NCBI GenBank assembly: GCA_963792445.1
Contig: CAWBWO010000007.1
Coordinates: 1,247-65,246, forward strand
DNA length: 64,000 nucleotides
Direction of reading: 5' to 3'
Origin: an uncultured Caryophanaceae bacterium
GTDB taxonomy: Bacteria; Bacillota; Bacilli; Bacillales_A; Planococcaceae
Below are positions 44,798 through 54,886 of this stretch, one piece after another; position 1 is the stretch's first letter; each line of letters begins with the position of its first letter. A model generated the notes under the pieces. It was not told the origin of the DNA, searched no databases, and saw only the letters and a program-made list of their open reading frames with translations. The position numbers and the translations under genes were made by a program.

Positions 44798-45022
44798 GAT
44801 CCCTCTCCTCATTAGATTGACCATATATCATTTTTGCGCAAAAGATGGTTCGCTACATTATATTCAAGCGCGTTCATTTTGATTATAGGATTTCTGGCTT
44901 AATTCAAGCTAAATCGAAAAAAACACCATATAAAATTTACATAACACTTTTCTCTTTGATGATTAAAAAACTCCCAAAATGCCATATTAAGTATGATTCA
45001 ACATTTGAAAGGAGAATCTGAT

Positions 45023-45193
45023 ATGGGAAGAGACAACAAACAAGGAAAAAGTAAAAACAAAGGGTCATTGCCACAAACACCAGCAAATCAAAAAATAGCT
45101 CCAAATCAAGCACGAGAAGAAACGGCACAAGAGCTATTGGAACTTGAACAACTAGTTGCTAAAAATAAAACGAAAAATAAATACAAGATGTAG
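45023..45193 (+). CDS. Small basic protein (YfhD-like, probably sporulation-related)
   Basis: AAAGGAG RBS; MGRD...LPQTP...; directly upstream of sspH. Confidence 0.55.
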   Translation: MGRDNKQGKSKNKGSLPQTPANQKIAPNQAREETAQELLELEQLVAKNKTKNKYKM

Positions 45194-45203
45194 GAGGATT
45201 CAA

Positions 45204-45392
45204 TTGGAATACAACCGTGCACAAGAAATCGTTGCCTCACCGAAGGAATATGAAGTCAGTTATAATGGCGTTTCAGTATGGATTGACAAGCTGCTCAATG
45301 AACGAACAGCAACCGTCCACTTGAGACATTCATTAGAAGAACGTTCTGAGGTGGATATTTCTGAATTAAAAGAGGAATATCTGGTACAATAA
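45204..45392 (+). CDS. sspH: H-type small acid-soluble spore protein
   Basis: RAQEIVASP...VSYNG.SVWI...TATVH...V.ISEL.E; AGGAGG RBS, TTG start. Confidence 0.8.
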   Translation: MEYNRAQEIVASPKEYEVSYNGVSVWIDKLLNERTATVHLRHSLEERSEVDISELKEEYLVQ

Positions 45393-45680
45393 GTATGAAT
45401 AGCATGCCCCACGAATCACCTCAGATTCAGTGGGGTATTTTTTAATATGTTGTTAATAAAAACTTTACAATTTAAATATCAGAAAATTTGACCTTTTCTA
45501 AAAATTATGATAAAGTTATAAAAAGCAAATAACTAATATTTTTTCATTTAGTCCGGCAGAGAATTGGATTTTGAATGATGAAAATCCCCATCAAAATAAA
45601 AAGTTCTTATTTACTAGACTTTTGTTTAATATTTTGAGAATCGGGAACATATACTTTTAGAATAAAGGAGATGAAGGAAA

Positions 45681-45845
45681 ATGACGAAAATTGTTTTAGT
45701 AAACGGTCAATACTTAGCTATTCTAAATGAATCACATGTGGTGGAAACACGTGAATTGCCAGAAGGTATGATCTTAGGTGCTATGGCAGAAGTTGAATAT
45801 GATCATTTAACTGGTCAAATTATTGTTGATGGACAGATTCTTTAA
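45681..45845 (+). CDS. Small hypothetical protein (54 aa, not in ORF track)
   Basis: MTKIVLVNGQYLAILNESHVVETRELPEGMILGAMAEVEYDHLTGQIIVDGQIL*; AAAGGAG/GAAGGA upstream. Confidence 0.6.
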   Translation: MTKIVLVNGQYLAILNESHVVETRELPEGMILGAMAEVEYDHLTGQIIVDGQIL

Positions 45846-45917
45846 TCTGAATCCATCTTTTTTTGTGCATAATCCCCTCAAAAAAAACTCTCCTAATAAA
45901 TTATTCCCTAATTACTT

Positions 45918-46883
45918 TTAGAAATGTGTATTTGCAAGGTACTGTTTTACTTCTTCTAACTCTGGTAATCCTGTCATGGCACCTTTTTTCGTTGTTGCTA
46001 ATCCGCCTGATACATTGGCAAAGCGAATGATTTCGATTAACTCTTTAACTGTAAGCTCTTTAAGCGTTTTCCCCAACTCGTTGAAGGAATAAAGAATGCC
46101 CGAAACAAAGGCATCACCTGCTCCAGTAGTATCTACCACTTGACAATCTATTGCTTGGACAACCCCGATTTTCCCATTAAAACGATACATACATCCTTTT
46201 TCACCTAACGTTACTAAAATTAATGGTAAGTCAGGCAATGCAGCAATCCCCTTTTCAATCGAACTAATTCCCGTTAGAAGATATAACTCTTCTTCTGAAA
46301 CTTTTAACAGATCTACATATGGAAGTGTTTCAAGTATTGTCTTTTTCGCCTGTTCTTCGGATTTCCAAAGCATTGCACGATAATTTGGGTCATAAGAAAT
46401 GAACATGGAAGTATCCTTTGCTTGTTTTATGGCTTCACAAGTTGCTGTTTTCGATGGTTCGCTAATTTGCGAAATGGAACCAAAGTGAAAAATCTTATGT
46501 AACGTAAACAGCTCTGCATTTTTGGCAACCTCTTCTTTTGTCAATAATCGATCCGCACTCGGGTTAATATAAAAACTAAAATGTCTTTCAAATGAAGAAT
46601 CAAGCGTAACAAACGTCAAGCCCGTTCTTGCTTCGTCCGTTACCATCATTGAATTTGTTTTCACTCCATAATTCGTTAGCGTTTCTTTCAAAAAATGGCC
46701 AAGCACATCATCTCCGACTTTTCCTAGAAAATGAACTTCTCCACCAAGTTTTGCCACCCCAACTGCAACATTAGCTGGTGCACCACCTGGGGCTTTTTGA
46801 TAAGTTGTTTGTTCTGTATCTAAAGGAATCATGTCAATGAGTGCCTCACCTAAACATAAAATACCGTTCATCTCGTTGTTCAC
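45918..46883 (-). CDS. PfkB family carbohydrate kinase (fructokinase-like)
   Basis: GGAPANVA, DPNYR, DTTGAGDAF. Confidence 0.9.
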   Translation of the reverse strand: MNNEMNGILCLGEALIDMIPLDTEQTTYQKAPGGAPANVAVGVAKLGGEVHFLGKVGDDVLGHFLKETLTNYGVKTNSMMVTDEARTGLTFVTLDSSFERHFSFYINPSADRLLTKEEVAKNAELFTLHKIFHFGSISQISEPSKTATCEAIKQAKDTSMFISYDPNYRAMLWKSEEQAKKTILETLPYVDLLKVSEEELYLLTGISSIEKGIAALPDLPLILVTLGEKGCMYRFNGKIGVVQAIDCQVVDTTGAGDAFVSGILYSFNELGKTLKELTVKELIEIIRFANVSGGLATTKKGAMTGLPELEEVKQYLANTHF

Positions 46884-47031
46884 ATCCTCAACAGTGTAAT
46901 TTTACTGAATCCATTTTATTTTTCTAATAATGGATTGCTTGTATAAAAATTTTATGTAACTTTTTCAAAAAGTATATCATTTCCGGAAAATGGTTAAAAT
47001 AGTTTAGGTTTTTATTTAATGAGGTGATGTT

Positions 47032-47715
47032 ATGGAAAAGCACAAAGTTTTACCTAGGGAGCAATGGATTGAAGCACGAAAAGAACTGTTGATTAAAGAA
47101 AAAGAATTCACAAAATTGCGGGATGAACTGACAAAGCAAAGGCAAAATTTTCCTTGGGAAGAGGTAAATAAGTCGTACACATTTGATGGCCAAAATGGCG
47201 AATTGACTTTGGCCGATTTATTTATGGGAAAGAGCCAGTTAATTGTGTACCATTTTATGTTCGATCCAAACTGGGAGCAAGGATGCAAACATTGTTCCTT
47301 CTGGGCAGATCATTATAGTGGGATGATTCCTCACTTAAATCACCGCGATGTCTCATTCGTCTGTATTTCTCGTGCGCCAGTTGAAAAATTAGAAGCGTAT
47401 AAAAAACGGATGGGCTGGACATTCCCTTGGTATTCTTCCCAACACTCCGATTTTAATTATGATTTTCAAGCAACGTTCACGAAAGAAGATGTAGCAAATA
47501 AAAAAGCCTATTACAACTATAAATACCAAGACCCCATGAGCCAAGATAGAGAAGGTATTAGTGTTTTCTTTAAAGATGAAGACGGAAACATTTACCATAC
47601 GTATTCAACCTATGCTCGTGGAATTGACATGCAAAACCTCACCTACCAATTTCTCGATTTGGTACCAAAAGGGCGACAAGATCGGCTAGGACTGCGCCAT
47701 CATGACCAGTATTAA
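47032..47715 (+). CDS. DUF899 thioredoxin-like protein
   Basis: QLIVYHFMF...GCKHCSF...MGW.FPWYSS...HTYSTYARG. Confidence 0.88.
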   Translation: MEKHKVLPREQWIEARKELLIKEKEFTKLRDELTKQRQNFPWEEVNKSYTFDGQNGELTLADLFMGKSQLIVYHFMFDPNWEQGCKHCSFWADHYSGMIPHLNHRDVSFVCISRAPVEKLEAYKKRMGWTFPWYSSQHSDFNYDFQATFTKEDVANKKAYYNYKYQDPMSQDREGISVFFKDEDGNIYHTYSTYARGIDMQNLTYQFLDLVPKGRQDRLGLRHHDQY

Positions 47716-47731
47716 GAGGGATTTTGGAACG

Positions 47732-47770
47732 AAAAAGTAGCCTAACATTTTTTTGTTAGGCTACTTTATT
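47732..47770. terminator. Bidirectional terminator
   Basis: AAAAAGTAGCCTAACA-Tn-TGTTAGGCTACTTT between convergent genes. Confidence 0.8.
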
Positions 47771-47834
47771 TGGTTTGTTTCTCGTGCTATTTAAAAGTTG
47801 ATTAAGGTGATAATTAGCCTATTTTCTGGCATTA

Positions 47835-48038
47835 TTTAGCATCACTCGTCTGTTGAATAGAACTACTCGATTGTTATTTAGTCCAACTCGACATTCTATT
47901 TGAACTACTCGTGGGGGCATTAGATCAACTAGACTTTCCATTAGAATACTCCTAAGCCTCAATTAGAACCAACTCGCCCTTCCATTAGAATCACTCGCAT
48001 GATCATTAGATCAACTCAGGCCTAATTAGCATCACTTC
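47835..48038. repeat. 10-unit array, ~21-bp period, 14-nt core ATTAGAWYMACTCG plus variable ~7-nt spacers
   Basis: Cores start at 47835, 47856, 47877, 47898, 47919, 47940, 47962, 47984, 48005 and 48025. Confidence 0.85.
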
Positions 48039-48042
48039 CCCA

Positions 48043-51000
48043 TTATTCCAATTTGTTTTCCTGAATGCTCTTGTCAGGTAGTTTCTTATGTTGGATTTGA
48101 AATTGGATGCTTGGTTGTTGTTTGGTTTTGGCGTTTAGGCTGAAGTCATGGATTAGTTTTGTATTTTCTTCTGTTCCAAGTGGCATGATGCCTAATTCTT
48201 TTAGGGTAGACCAAAGTGTTTCTAAGGCTTTTTCTTGATTTTCATAGAATTCTTTTCCTTTGATATGCCAGAAGTTCCAGCCTGATTGTTCAAGAGCTTC
48301 TCGATTTTTGAATGTTGCTTGAAATTGCTTCATACCTTGCCATTTTTTCGCATCGCATTCTATTGCTAAACGGTTATTATTCCCTTCTACGACTAGGTCG
48401 ATTGTGTAGGTTCCTACTTTTACTTGAGGTGTCACTTGATACCCTTTTGCCACGATTGCTTTCAGTACATCTGCTTCAAATGAAGATTGGCATAATTGTT
48501 CTAGATTTTCTGATGCAAGTATGGATTGTCTGCCGATTGTGTTCTTGTGATTGTTTAGTGAATGTAAGATAGTTTCCTCTATTACGATTTTCGGGAAATG
48601 CTGCTCCGCTATTTCGTAAATGGATTTTTCACCATTGTATAATGATTTCTTAGGAATCTCTTGAATATAGTGTTTTTGCAACTCTTCTATTGTCTTTGCA
48701 TTCAACACATTTTCTTGCAAGGCATGCTTGCTACCATCTCCCACAACCAAAACTTTTTCCCCTCTTACCAACGTTTTGATCGCGAATATGTCATTTTCAT
48801 TTGCACCTTCTATAATAATGAGATCGAATCTTTTAGTAAGAACTGGGCTTGCTTGATTGATTTGTTCAATCGGCGTTACCCATACAGGAATAGCTGATTG
48901 GGCTTTTTTCATGGATTCTGTCATGTTTTGCGCTAATTTCGATGTGTTTTTCCATATACTTTTTTCCATTTTCTTGGAATTGGCTTTCCATTCAGTAAGG
49001 GCATTTTTTTCATCTTCTGTTAATCGTGAAATTTGTGAAGACCAAATGGCATCCGTAATGATTTGGTATCGTAATTTTTCTTGTGTTGTTCGTTCATGTT
49101 GAAGTTGCTTATTTAACGTATTTCGATCCATTTCACTTTCTTCATGTAACCAAGTTTCCATTTTCTTCAGAACAAATGCATCAATATAATGATCTTTTTC
49201 AAGCTTCACTAGTCCGAATTGGTTTATTAAATTATCTACTGTGAGCGGAAGTTTTTCACCCAATCGATTCGCGTATTGTTGCCATTTTTTCATGCTTGGT
49301 GCGATTCTTTGTAATTTCTTGAGTTCTTTTATTGCTGATTTCCAACCATGAAAATCTCTTTCCTTCAAGGTCTGTATGAAACGTTTCGCAACGCCATGCA
49401 TATTTTCGCGATTTGAAAGCTGTACGAGCTTTTCTAATTCCTCTTCATATTCTTCACACCATTTTGCGTATTTAATATACTTCAATGTATGGTCAATTTC
49501 AGTATTCAAGTTTTCGTAAAATACTATATTAAAAATATTTCCTGGTAAAAGTTCTTCGGATTGTAATTTCACAGCTAATTCAATTTCAAGGTTTGCGATA
49601 TTGATGATTTGTGTTAACATGTTCAGTCTTTCTTCCATGACTAGTGGGAATTGATGATGTGTGATATCGATTTCTTCAATCCCGAGCTCACTCATGTTTT
49701 GATTAAATAATCGTGATAGTTTCGTTATTAATTTTCGGTATTCAATATGCTTTTCAAGGATTGTCACATCCTCAATATTTCGTAGCGCATGGCCATTTAG
49801 AACCCCAGTTTGGAACAGATATTTTGTATTTTTTCCTTTTCCCAAAAAGAATAGCTGACTTGGTTTTCTTCCCGATAGAATGCGTTCTCTTGCTGTCAAT
49901 AAGTCAATTTGAATCTCACTGTTTAACTTTTTAGGCAAAGAAATCTTATGATCATTTAAATCATGATATAAAGAAAGGGCTCTTTCATTATATTGTTTCA
50001 ATTCATCAACCAGTTGTACAATGTGTTCTTGATGTTTTTCGCCAGCAAGCAATTCATGAATTAACATCGTGTAACTTTCATCTTCAATCACATGATGATT
50101 TGCAATGATTGCTTCCACTAACGTTTTCATACTAAGAAGCGTTGAATTTTTGACAGGTGATAATTCAATTGGTAATACATATTGCACGTCAATTTCATCA
50201 ATATATTGCTGTTCCTCATCAATTAGGGATTTAAAGGAAGATTCGTTTAAGATATCTTGATGAAGGGACGGCAGACTGGTGTTCAATAATGAAGAATCTT
50301 CCGGTTTGAGCGCATTCTGTAAGCTACAAAATTCAGCCCATTCGAAATCACTCAACGGGAATTTCATAACGAGTGGCAGCTCATCTTTAATCCATTGATA
50401 ATCGATATTGGATTCAGCTATACGTTTTGCAACATCAGATTTGAATAGCTCTTGATTTGAATACAAGATGGGTGTGCCTTCTGCTTTGGCATACTTTTGT
50501 AGACTGTTTTTATATAACTCTTCTTTTTGTTTGCTCAGATGGTATAATTGTTGATTTCGCAATATATTTTCTTGTACTTTTTGAACATCTAAATTAGCAA
50601 GTTTTTCCGCAATTGCTCGGATGGACTGTTCCTCTTCTTTTGTTGAATTAGCGTCATCCGTTACCAATTGGTGCACATAAATCTCGAATTTCTTCTGGCA
50701 AACTATTCTTCAAATCTTCCACAGGTAGATTTTCTTTTGATGTAATGAGGATTTTTTTGCCTTCTGCTAAATAATGTGCGATTAAATTTGCGATTGTGTG
50801 ATTCTTATTGATCCCAGGTGTCGCTTGAACTATCACTCCGTTCTGATGTTGAAGTTGTTGAATCATTTCCTTTTGCTGTTCGTCCATAGTGTATGGGAGA
50901 TAGCCATGATATGTGGAATGTAGAATGGTGTTTGATTTTGCTTGATTGATAGAGGATTCTCCCAATATAGTTCGGATAGAATTTGGTAGTTCGATACGAT

Positions 51001-51913
51001 TTTGGTCAATAGCATCAATGATTTGCTGTAGTTCGTCATTCACGATATTTGCACTGATTTGTCGAACAATTAAGAATGACTGATTAAGAATAACAGGTGC
51101 GTTCATGTCGTAAGTTTGTTGAGGGTTATCAATAAACTGACATTTAGGATCGATTAATTTGGCTAAATACTTGAATTCATTTGAAAGGTCATCTGTAAAA
51201 GTTAATTTCTCTAATTTTTCAACATATGAATGGATTTGATCTCGATTTGAAATCGTTTTTCCAATCAATACATCTGATTCAAATTTCAGCTGTTCTGTTT
51301 CATCTGTTATCGTCATCACGCCTGTCTGTGCATGTACAGACACATTTACTTTCGTTGTAAAAAGCGGTAATTCTGTGGATTGTTCCGAATTCTTCACTGG
51401 CCATTTCAGTATTCCTTTTGAGAGTACGATTTCTATATCTTCAGTCTCTTGTTTTTGTCTGTCGCAAATTTTTAGTAAATCATCATAGACGTTATTTGCT
51501 TGAATCACTTTCTTTTTTATATCAATCCATCTTTTCCATTCAGTTAATTGCTGTCTATTAATCTGAATGGGCCCATCAACTTGAAAGATTTGTTCATTTA
51601 TTTTCAAAATGTTTTTGTAAGTAGATGTACTTTTTCCTTTTTTCATTTCGGAATCAATCCATTTTTCTAACTCTGGATATGGACTTTTATGTTTAATATC
51701 GTATAACGCAATTTTCGGCTTTTTCATTTCTAACAAAATTTTACTATTATTCCCCTTCTTACATCCATCCGTTTCTTGTAATTCATTCCAAGACCAAGAC
51801 TGTTCATAATGATTGATGGATCGCACTGTATTTCCGTTCAGTGATGAAAGTGCTAATAAATATTCAAAAAAACGTTTTGCTTTATCATCGATCTGCTTAT
51901 TCATAATTGGCAC
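48043..51913 (-). CDS. Large SF1 (DNA2/NAM7-like) helicase-DUF559/MTES_1575-type nuclease homolog with degenerate motifs (+1 frameshift near 50660)
   Basis: VQATPGINKNHTIANLIAHYLAEGKKILITS; PVWVTP; FDLIIIEGANE; SSFEADV...QVKVG.Y.IDLVVEG...LAIECD...GW.FW. Confidence 0.8.
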
Positions 51914-52159
51914 CCCAATCTTTTAATCATTTACCAATTTACAAAACTAGAAACTCCAAACAAAATATCTTTAATCCTTAATGTATATGCCTAAAAATCC
52001 AGACTATGACTTATTACAAATGTCCATTTTAACCTTTTGTCCAAAAACAAAAGGAATTGTTTTACCTTTTGTCAATTCCGTAGATCATCTACTAATGTTA
52101 ACCTACATTAATAGACTATCTTTTTAAAGAGTATTCAATTATTACGGAGGAGGCTATTT

Positions 52160-53777
52160 ATGAAAGCAAACATTGTATTTTTGAATGGCGAAGTGATTAC
52201 GGTAGATGCTCATGATTCCATCCAAGAGGCGATTGCGATTGCTGATAATAAAATTCTAGCAGTCGGGTCTAATGATGCGATCAAACGTTTGATTGATGAT
52301 TCAACGCAAGTGATTGATTTGGATGGAAAGTCGCTACTTCCTGGTATTATTGATGCTCATCTACATCTTGTTATGTATGGTGCGTTTCAACTAAATATCA
52401 GCTGTAAAGAACCAGGAATGGATTCAATTGATGCGATTTTGGCTGCATTACGAGTGAAAGCTGAAACTACCCCTAATGGCGGATGGATACGCGCCTGGGG
52501 CTTCAATGAAAATACAGTGAAAGAAAAACGATACCCAACTCTTGAAGAATTAGATGCGATTTCAATCAATCACCCGATTTCAATTACACGGACTTGCGGA
52601 CATATCAGTGTTGTCAATTCTGTAGCATTGGATTTAGCAAACATTGACGAGACAACACCAGATCCACAAGGCGGCATTATAGAAAAAAATGGGAATGGGA
52701 AACTAACAGGACGTTTAATCGAGAATGCCAATATGCAGATGAATGAAATTAGCAACTATACGAATGAAGAAATCTATGAAGCCATTCAAGTTGCACAAAA
52801 GCATTTCTTAGAAGTTGGCATTACAAGCGTTCATGAAGCAGGTACTTTTGGTCAAGATCACTATCGTTTGCTTCAACTAGCCTCACAAAATCAAGATTTG
52901 CGTATTCGTGTTTATGCCATTATTGGAAGCTTAAATGATTGTAAACAATTCACATTAAATATGATGGAATCAGGTGTGGTTACTGGAACTGGCAATGAAT
53001 TCTTTAAAGTAGGACCAGCTAAATTATTTACAGATGGCTCTAGCACTGGGCCAACAATTGCCACGCGAGATGGATATACAAGCAATCCAGAAGACCATGG
53101 CATTCTTTATTATTCAGAAGATGAAATTTACGAAGTTCTAGGACTTGCCCATCAATTAGGCTATCAAATTACGGTGCATGCACAAGGTGACAAAGCAATC
53201 GAAATGTATCTAAATGTGGTAGAACGTGCTTTACAAGAACATCCTCGTGACAACCATCGTCACCGTATCGAGCATGCTGGCATTTCGAGTCCTGATTTAC
53301 AAAAGCGAATGAAAGAATTACAAATGGTTCCAATCCCTAACCCACCGTTTCCATATGAATTCGGTGAAAGTTATTTAACGAATTACGGTGAACGTACGGA
53401 CTATATGTATCCCGCTCGTGATTTCATCGACCAACAAATTATTGCGGCGGCTGGTTCCGATTCACCGATTACCACTTTCAATCCTTTTATCGGTATTCAT
53501 GAAGCCGTTAATCGTCGCACAGCTAAATGGAACATCATTTGGTGAAAAACAAAAGATTGATGTGCTAGAGGCGATTCGCATGTACACCTATAATGGAGCC
53601 TATGCAAGTTTCGACGAAGATATTAAAGGAAGTTTAACTGCAGGTAAACTAGCAGATGTCATTGTACTTGATCGTAGCATTTTGAAAACACCATCAAATG
53701 AGTTAAAAGATATTCAAGTGGAATTAACGATGATCGATGGAGAAGTATTATTTGAGCGTTCAAAGACAAATAGTTAA
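52160..53777 (+). CDS. YtcJ-like metal-dependent amidohydrolase (+1 frameshift near 53527)
   Basis: PGIIDAHLH, KLFTDGS, HAQGD, RIEHA, GSDSP, KGSL..GKLAD. Confidence 0.88.
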
Positions 53778-53797
53778 TTAAGTATTGGAGGGGCCAT

Positions 53798-54649
53798 ATG
53801 TCAATTCAAATTTCAACTTGTCAATTTGCGTTACAAAAAGTAAATCATTTTTCGGACTTTAAGGATATCGTTTTAAAATGCTTTGAGGATGTCCCACTTA
53901 CAAGTGACTATGTACTTTTTCCTGAGTTATTCACGATTTCTTTACTCACAACATTTGATGATTATGAAAATTTCTCTGAAAAAGAAAATGGTAGACTTGC
54001 TGAATTCTTTGAAGAGTATATTCAGTTCTTTAATGATCTTTCAAAACAAAGAGAACAAATCATCATCGCAGGTTCTACCCTTGAGCCAACACCTGAAGGA
54101 AATTATAATACCAGCTATATTTTCGATGGAAAAGGAAATTTTGAAAAACACCGAAAGACACATATTTTCCCTGCTGAATCGGCTTGGGATACGCTAGAGG
54201 GCGATCGTTTAGAAGTATTTGATATTGGCCCAGTAAAATTTGGTGTCGCCATTTGCTATGAAATGGAAATTCCTGAAATTGCGCATATCTATAGCCAAAA
54301 AGGAGCTGACATCATTTTTTGTCCTTCTTATACGTTTACTGAACACGGATTTTGGCGCGTTCGACATTGTGCTCATGCACGAAGTATTGAGAACCAACTT
54401 TATGTCGTTCACTGTCCTACGATTGGCCAAATTGAAGGACCAATCCATAATGGATTTGGGACAACCGCCATTATCGGACCCTCTGATTTACCTTGGTCAG
54501 CAAATGGTGTAATCGCAGAAGCAACAAGCGCTACCACGGCTGTTGTCACTGCAACGCTTTCTTTAGAAGATCTCTATGAAAATCGCAAAAGTGGTGCTGC
54601 TACAACCTATAAAGATCGCATTCGCAGAAAGGAAATTTATACAGTTTAA
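53798..54649 (+). CDS. Carbon-nitrogen hydrolase (nitrilase superfamily)
   Basis: E-K-C triad: FPEL, HRKTH, ICYE; ARSIENQ. Confidence 0.88.
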   Translation: MSIQISTCQFALQKVNHFSDFKDIVLKCFEDVPLTSDYVLFPELFTISLLTTFDDYENFSEKENGRLAEFFEEYIQFFNDLSKQREQIIIAGSTLEPTPEGNYNTSYIFDGKGNFEKHRKTHIFPAESAWDTLEGDRLEVFDIGPVKFGVAICYEMEIPEIAHIYSQKGADIIFCPSYTFTEHGFWRVRHCAHARSIENQLYVVHCPTIGQIEGPIHNGFGTTAIIGPSDLPWSANGVIAEATSATTAVVTATLSLEDLYENRKSGAATTYKDRIRRKEIYTV

Positions 54650-54685
54650 GTATTGAAAATCAAATGATTACATTGGGGGAATCTT

Positions 54686-54886
54686 ATGAAAAATATTAAA
54701 CTGTTATTAATTATACCGTTTGTCGGTATGTGCCTCTGTTTGCCCTTTGCCAATCGAATAGAACCTTATGTATTTGGCGTACCATTTCTGCTATTCTGGA
54801 TTGTTTTATGGATGATTTTGTCTTCACTATTACTCTATATCGTGTATAAACTTGATCCCGAGAACCAAGGAGGAGATGAAGCATGA
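54686..54886 (+). CDS. DUF3311 small membrane protein (YhjC-like)
   Basis: PFANRIEPYVFGVPFLLFW; overlaps the symporter start (ATGA). Confidence 0.85.
   Translation: MKNIKLLLIIPFVGMCLCLPFANRIEPYVFGVPFLLFWIVLWMILSSLLLYIVYKLDPENQGGDEA

Noticed and set aside
44935-46962. Other dif-like half sites (AATTTACATAA at about 44934; TTATGTAACT at about 46952)
   Set aside because: Only one arm matches or the spacer is 5 bp; expected by chance in AT-rich DNA.
47835-48038. CRISPR array
   Set aside because: Repeats are 14 nt and degenerate, spacers are only about 7 nt, and there are no cas genes or leader. Kept as a non-CRISPR array.
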